Positions 58,273-64,000 of a stretch of 64,000 bases of DNA are shown one piece after another. A program made the translations under genes and the position numbers. This DNA comes from a virus (lineage: Duplodnaviria; Caudoviricetes): IMG/VR virus record IMGVR_UViG_3300032038_000015, positions 67,992 to 131,991 of that record; one strand, written 5' to 3'. Position 1 is the first letter of the stretch. Each line of letters opens with the position of its first letter. The notes beneath the pieces are model-generated. The model worked only from the letters and a program-made list of their open reading frames with translations. It had not been told where the DNA came from and ran no database searches.

Positions 58273-58590
58273 TTAGGGCATTTCAGATTGTGTTCTAAAC
58301 CTATAACAGAGATTACTTACAAATCCTTCTATCTCGTTATGAATATTTGCTGTATCATCTTCCATATACTCAACGTACAAATAAGACAATGTATCTTCTT
58401 TATCCAGTAAGAACTCTTCAAAGTCATCTGATATAATATTCTCTGAAAAATAATTAATAATCTCTTCTTTGATACAATACTCATATGAGTATCGTTTTAA
58501 TAGTTTCTCGCTTGATAAGTCGGAATTGGTGACTAAATCACCAATCCAACTACTCATCTCCTCGTTTAATCTTTGTATTAATTTATCCAT
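58273..58590 (-). CDS. Hypothetical acidic protein
   Basis: ORF in operon orientation. Confidence 0.65.
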   Translation of the reverse strand: MDKLIQRLNEEMSSWIGDLVTNSDLSSEKLLKRYSYEYCIKEEIINYFSENIISDDFEEFLLDKEDTLSYLYVEYMEDDTANIHNEIEGFVSNLCYRFRTQSEMP

Positions 58591-58591
58591 T

Positions 58592-59183
58592 TTAATTTAC
58601 TTTCCTATTATTTTTTATTTCTTTAATTGCTTCCCCAATAATTTTAAATTCTTCAATAGTAAACCGATTTCCACGTACCATATTACAAAGACTACAACAA
58701 GGTACAACATTATTTTTACAATGCCCCTTACTATTGTTTATTCTATCTAATCCAATATTCTCTGTATCTCCACAATAAAAACAAGATTGGTTTAAGATAT
58801 TCTTGAGTTCTTCATCGGTTAGATTATATCTTGAATTAATAGGATATTTCTTGTCTCTGTATTTGCATTCCCTTTTAATTCTCTTCCAACTCGGTTCATT
58901 AGAAGCATTCCTTATTTTAGGGAGTTTAGGTTCTTTTCCTTTTCTTATATATCTCTATTTTGTTATCCTTATAGTATTTGATAATACTTTTTCTGATATT
59001 TTCTTTATGCTTTTCTGACATCTCACCCTTGTTTCCACAAGACCTACATAATCTTTCTTCACAGCCTTTATATGGTTTTATATATCCTCTTGATACACCA
59101 CAATTATTACAATAGATATTGTATTTAGGATAAATATAGCCATCTTTATCTTCTATTAAAATAAAATCCTTATAATCTATCAT
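58592..59183 (-). pseudogene. HNH homing endonuclease, frameshifted near 58950
   Basis: N-terminal CxxC pairs in ORF 58926..59183. CFYCG..GLDRINNSKGH..NNVVPCCSLCN continues in another frame to stop 58592. Confidence 0.75.
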
Positions 59184-59184
59184 A

Positions 59185-59805
59185 TTAATTTATCCATTTT
59201 ATCAAAGTGTTTCCCATGTATCCTTTTTCAAAGCAAAATCACGCATAAGCAACTGCACTACCACCACCTGCTCTCATTTCATCAAAAAGAGCGTTCTTCG
59301 CACATAAGATACGACTGCTTGAAACATAAACACATTTTGGTGGGTACTTTTTAAATAATTCCTTACGAGCTTTTCCTTCAAGAAACTGAACTTTAAGAAA
59401 CATAAATACTCTGCAACCATCAGGAATTAATGTCATTGCATGTTCAATAAATTCTTTTGCATATTTGTATGGGGGATTTGTTAAGATATCGCCATTCCAA
59501 GGCTGATTATATGTAAGAAAATCAATTCCACCTTCACCATAACCTCTGTCGATCAGGTCGGTGGATCGAACTTCATAACCGAAACTCTTTAATCTTTCAG
59601 ATAAATGTCCTTCGCCACAGGAACATTCCCAGATAGGTTTGTCAAATGTAACACCACCATCTTTTAATAAGACATCAATTGCAATAGGATCTGTCGCATA
59701 ATAATCCTCATTCTGTCTCTCCTTGTCGGTGTGATTACTTGCACCCAAAGTCTTAAAAATACTATTCTTATTACCTGTCCAATCTTTTTCTGTATTATTT
59801 TTCAA
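59185..59805 (-). pseudogene. DNA amino-methyltransferase with in-frame TGA at a Trp position
   Basis: DYYAT, WECSCGEG, TNPPY. AYA*FCFEKGY...KWIN aligns with paralog MFVWVIWNK...SWI (23604). Confidence 0.8.
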
Positions 59806-59894
59806 ATTTGTTCACCAATAGTAGCTGCGCAGCTTTACTCACATGTGAACGTTTTTCCTTTCCTTGTTTTGTAATTACATTATTATATTCTCTG

Positions 59895-60185
59895 TTATTT
59901 ATAAATCTTTGGTAGTTTTTTAAAAGCAACTACATCATCTCTGAAGCAAACATTGTCCTTATAAATCCTTTTATCATTTAAATGAGTTTCATCGTTATAT
60001 CCATATACTTCATATGTATTGTAAACATCTAATCGTCTATTATCTTTCCATCTTAGTGTATTTTCGTCCCAAAATAAATCCATAACATATGCTTGTCCTG
60101 GTTCTTCACCATATCTAATTGAGCATATATACCAACCACGCTTTTTAGGTATGTGTTTAGGATATGCTTTCCATCTATTGAACAT
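59895..60185 (-). CDS. Hypothetical protein
   Basis: ORF with RBS GGAGG before ATG 60185. Confidence 0.65.
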   Translation of the reverse strand: MFNRWKAYPKHIPKKRGWYICSIRYGEEPGQAYVMDLFWDENTLRWKDNRRLDVYNTYEVYGYNDETHLNDKRIYKDNVCFRDDVVAFKKLPKIYK

Positions 60186-60218
60186 ATTTTTACCTCCATA
60201 GGAAACCAAAATTTCTTG

Positions 60219-60791
60219 CTAGTTTTTATCCAAAATTCCTACTTGATTACCCCAAGTATCCCATCCATCTCGTTCAATACGAGCAAACATTTCTAGTTTC
60301 TTAGCATTTGGAAACATATTTTCTAACATTTCATAAGCACACACTGGCTTTTTGCTATGTTTGGCAGATGGTTCTCTCAAAACTGTCGTATATTTTCCTC
60401 TCATATCTTCACATGGCATTAAAATATTACCCTTTTTATAGAACCATAAAAGATATTCATGTGAAAATCTCACGGTAAAAGCAGGTGCAACACCATTCTC
60501 TTTATCCCAAATGAATCTTGCGTGAAGTTCATATCCTAGTTCCTTCATCATCTGCTCTGTTTCATGAAGATATTTATCTATCGTCCACATAAATACATTG
60601 TGTTTTTCATTACACAAACTCAATGCTTGTCTATGTATTTCCTTAATTTCGTCCATAGTACATGTCTGATAATCAAGCTCTTTTCCTTGTTTTGGTCTAC
60701 ATTTACGTTTATTACCTTTTGTCTGTTTCCACGCAGGATCTGTGTAAATCAAATCATATTTATTATCTGTATTGTAAATATCAATCTGCAT
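60219..60791 (-). CDS. MT-A70-family adenine methyltransferase
   Basis: YDLIYTDPAW, FMWT, WDK, HEYLL, HSKKP, LEMFAR..GWD.WGNQ. Confidence 0.88.
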   Translation of the reverse strand: MQIDIYNTDNKYDLIYTDPAWKQTKGNKRKCRPKQGKELDYQTCTMDEIKEIHRQALSLCNEKHNVFMWTIDKYLHETEQMMKELGYELHARFIWDKENGVAPAFTVRFSHEYLLWFYKKGNILMPCEDMRGKYTTVLREPSAKHSKKPVCAYEMLENMFPNAKKLEMFARIERDGWDTWGNQVGILDKN

Positions 60792-60999
60792 TTAATTACT
60801 TGGAGTAAGGAATTCCTTCTTGTGTACACGAACCTCGTCTCCTTTCTTTTTTTTTGTTGTAAAATCCTATGGAATTAGCACGTCTGCTAAAACCATATAA
60901 AAAAAATATTTCATTGTTATATTTTTGTTTTTTGGAAATACTTGAACGAATGTCCAAGTTAAGAAAATTTTCTATGCTATATTATTCTCTAATCTGTTA

Positions 61000-61521
61000 T
61001 TAAAGATATTTTAAATCTATATCTCCATGAATTACTTCTTCCAAAGTCTGTTTCTTGCGAAGAAGTTTTGTCTCTAATGATTTGATTTCATCATTCAACC
61101 TACTTATTACTTTGTCTTTATTCTTTTTAGCATCCTTTTTAACAAACCACTTGCTACCAAATTGAGTACCACCACTTCCTATAGCAACATAGAATCTATC
61201 CGTTTCATCATAATCCCAAATATTGTTGCCATAATTCATAGTAACTTCTTCTTTATCAAATATCAGTTCAAACTCATCAATATTATCATCTGTAAGTTCA
61301 ATCCTAAGACCACTACCATCGCTCCAAAAGTTATCAACCATTTGATATGTATCTTCGTATTCGTTATATTTGATCTCGAACACCCAGTTACAGCAATGGA
61401 ATAATTGATTTTCGTATATAGAACCTCGATATTTAACATCTGGTTCATGTCTATATAGTCCAGTCATGCACAGTTTGTTAATATTTTCCTGTGATAGCAC
61501 AATTCTCACCTCTCTTCTCAT
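61000..61521 (-). CDS. Hypothetical protein
   Basis: ORF in operon orientation. Confidence 0.65.
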   Translation of the reverse strand: MRREVRIVLSQENINKLCMTGLYRHEPDVKYRGSIYENQLFHCCNWVFEIKYNEYEDTYQMVDNFWSDGSGLRIELTDDNIDEFELIFDKEEVTMNYGNNIWDYDETDRFYVAIGSGGTQFGSKWFVKKDAKKNKDKVISRLNDEIKSLETKLLRKKQTLEEVIHGDIDLKYL

Positions 61522-61579
61522 GAAAATTTGACCGAATCGCCTTTGAATAGAATTGCTTCTATATTAGATTATTCTCTGT

Positions 61580-61807
61580 TTATGACTCAACTTCTACAAA
61601 CCTATATTCAAATTCAAGCCATCTCATTTTGTCATGTGTTATTTTAAACATCTCTTCGCCAGTCCATTTTTCTTTTAACTGATTTTCAATCTGTTCTTCG
61701 CTATCTTCAATATCAATCCAATCGCTTAATGGTGTTGATTCTGGATTAAATCCTTGCCATGCTCCACCTTGAGCAATAGGTCTGATTTGCTTTTTATATA
61801 ATTTCAC
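61580..61807 (-). CDS. Hypothetical protein
   Basis: ORF in operon orientation. Confidence 0.55.
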   Translation of the reverse strand: MKLYKKQIRPIAQGGAWQGFNPESTPLSDWIDIEDSEEQIENQLKEKWTGEEMFKITHDKMRWLEFEYRFVEVES

Positions 61808-61988
61808 TCTCTCACATCGCTTGTTACTTTTACTTTACATTCAATCTCTACAACTTCTAACTGCATTCTCAGCAGTTTTTCTTGTTTCCCAATATTTGTG
61901 TCGAGGGTTTGTAATATTACTTACTAATTTTCCTGTTGATTTATCCATTACACCATATAAGGTAAATTCATTTGTCATTCATTTCACC

Positions 61989-62919
61989 TCATTCTACGAA
62001 GATTTTCTCAATAACTTTCAACTTAATATTCTGACTAAATTTAAATTCTGAACCAGCAGCTTTTGGATGACCACCGCCACCAAATAAACTTGCTACATCT
62101 TTACCAAGATCAATATCTTCTTTAACGGTTCTATAAGATACCGTACAACCATCAATATCAATCATAGCCACAAAATCAATTTCAGGATGCATTTTACAAA
62201 GTCTATTACCTAATTCACTAACAAACCTATCTGCAAATACAAAACCACAAACCTTACCACACATAGGACTGGTAAACATAGTTTCATTCTTCTCTTCGAT
62301 ATATCTATCAATTTCATCCTGCTTAATCTTCAGAATAACCTCATCTTTAGCATATAATCTTGGGAATACCTCATCATGGATTTCTGAAATGCACCAATGA
62401 ATAAAATCATCTCGACCGTAAAGATATAATAAATCATTTACCTGCTTACAAATAACACCATCTTCACCAAGTTCTGACCATCTCCAAGTGTCGTAATCTC
62501 TCACAAGTTCAGCAAATCTCTCTAACGCTTTATTATTCTCTAATTCTTCATTAAAACACCCTCTTAATGCCAACCAGTGATAAAATAACATTGTTCCTGA
62601 TGTTTTAATTCCATCTGAATCATCAATAGAAACTCTACACCAATCATATTTATTAAGTCCAAGAGCTGTTAGATGGTGATCTAATAAATAGAAATTATCA
62701 AATCTTTCATCAATAATCTTTGCCGTATCTTCGTTTACTCTGATATCTGTAATAATACACATATCAAATTCTGTTTCACTATCAATAAATTCTCTGACAC
62801 TTGAATCAATATTATCATAATCACAATATGAAATATCTACATCATCTCCGAATGCAAGTTTTGCCAAAATACCACAACCGATTCCATCAAAGATCGGTAT
62901 GAGTAAATAACTTAATCAT
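61989..62919 (-). pseudogene. DHH-family phosphoesterase (NrnB-like), +1 frameshift in the first motif
   Basis: MIKLFTHTDL|DG split by an extra T near 62890. ITD, LDHH, DYDTW, SYR, GGGHPKAAG. Confidence 0.8.
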
Positions 62920-62984
62920 ACCTTACATATCTCCCTTCTCTTGAATATATTGAATCATATCAATATATCTGCTATATTTTCTTT

Positions 62985-63176
62985 CTAAAATAAATTTCCC
63001 TGACTATCTACCATACCTTTGTACCCACACCATTTACATTTGCAATGCATGGAAGCACCATCAAAATTCTCAGTAATATAATCCTTTTGGTGACAATGCC
63101 ATCCTATTTTACAAAAGAACTTTTGTAATGGTTTAATATAATCTGCTAACATGTATGGTACAAATAGCAAGAATAA
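62985..63176 (-). pseudogene. Small zinc-binding membrane-anchored gene, 5' end displaced by the IS
   Basis: FCKIGWH...CKWCG. Frame closes at ~63177 with no RBS. Confidence 0.45.
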
Positions 63177-63373
63177 TCAGCATTGAAAGGTAAATTCATT
63201 TATAGTTTGCCATTTTCATAAAAATCATGTTATCCCAAATCATTATAAAATTTCAAAAAGTTATCCACATCTCATTTTTACACTTTCCCTCTATAATGAT
63301 TTTTTTGGGTTAAAAAGTTATGAAATTTTATGTTTTTCTCTTGGCAAACATCACTTCCTTTGCTACAATTAAT

Positions 63374-64000
63374 TCAGTCTAGTGCTGATCTATTCAGTTG
63401 ACTTTGTATATCTTCTGTTTCTGTTAGTTGCCGTCCAAAGCTGGCTAACAGTTCAGAAGATATATTTTTTTGTGCTTTTTTTATCTCATTTTTCTTCAAA
63501 AAGAAATACTCATAAAGCTGTTTTATAAAATCTGATATCTGATCCAAGAGATAATGGTTCTTCTGGGCTTTTTCGTTCCAGCTACAGGCATGCTCAATAT
63601 CTCCCTGCCATCTTTTCTGACGGTTAAATCCCTGATTTTCTATTTTCCAACGGCTTCGACCTGCATTTACCAGTTTCATCGCATTTGTTTTTGTAATCTT
63701 TATACTAGTTATCCATGCAAAATCTGTTTTTACTTCTTTTCCCTTTTTTATCTTTGTCTCTGAAAACTTTAACATATTTACATCATGTTTTCCGAAAATG
63801 ATCCCATTTACGTATTCACTTTCTTCTGCGGTAATCTTTTCTGGAATATCCTGATATTCTCTTTCAATGGATGGGGCACTTCCTTCTTTATAACGGATAA
63901 TATAGTCCCAATGATTATCTTTGCATATTTGAATTACCGGGTCACTTACATATAATCCATCCGCTACAATACAGATTGGCAGACGAGGAAACTTCTTTTT
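63374..64000 (-). mobile_element. DDE transposase (IS4/ISAs1-like superfamily), runs off the window; element end approximately 63177
   Basis: Frame open to 64000: ICIVADGLY, WDYIIRYK, FAWITS, GRSRWKIENQGFN.QK. Confidence 0.8.

Noticed and set aside
59239-59241. Genome-wide TGA recoding
   Set aside because: Long genes are open under the standard code and TGA is used as a normal stop (e.g. 16336, 38663). This is a single isolated case.
2551-63763. Numerous 60-140 aa ORFs antisense to or nested in long genes (e.g. 6163..6570, 17323..17733, 27478..27834, 53221..53538)
   Set aside because: Shadow frames without RBS or recognisable motifs.

Overview
AT-rich segment of a large temperate siphovirus-type (pro)phage of a Firmicutes host, probably Clostridia/Lachnospiraceae-like (inference). 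The + strand (1-15041) carries the tail module: a tape-measure gene split by two group I introns, a distal tail protein and a 2178-aa tail tip/fibre. The - strand (15130-63170) carries a truncated integrase and an excisionase, nucleotide metabolism genes (dut, nrdG, intein-containing nrdD, gmk, ThyX-like), an SPbeta-like replication block (ligase, RecD-like helicase, DnaE, primase, DnaB-like helicase, AAA ATPase), RNA-repair genes, methyltransferases, two TnpB genes and homing endonucleases. The window ends in a DDE transposase. The most striking locus is 53160-55320: a catalytically intact Cas12f/TnpB-like nuclease with three homologous, covarying guide scaffolds. Two are tracrRNA + mini-CRISPR-array cassettes with different 36-bp repeats upstream of the gene, and one is a fused omegaRNA-like scaffold downstream of it. 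This looks like a transposon-to-CRISPR intermediate. Also notable are a group I intron carrying antisense cargo genes and a GAAA-N6-TTTC motif recurring at gene junctions. All calls are from reading the sequence; no searches were run.
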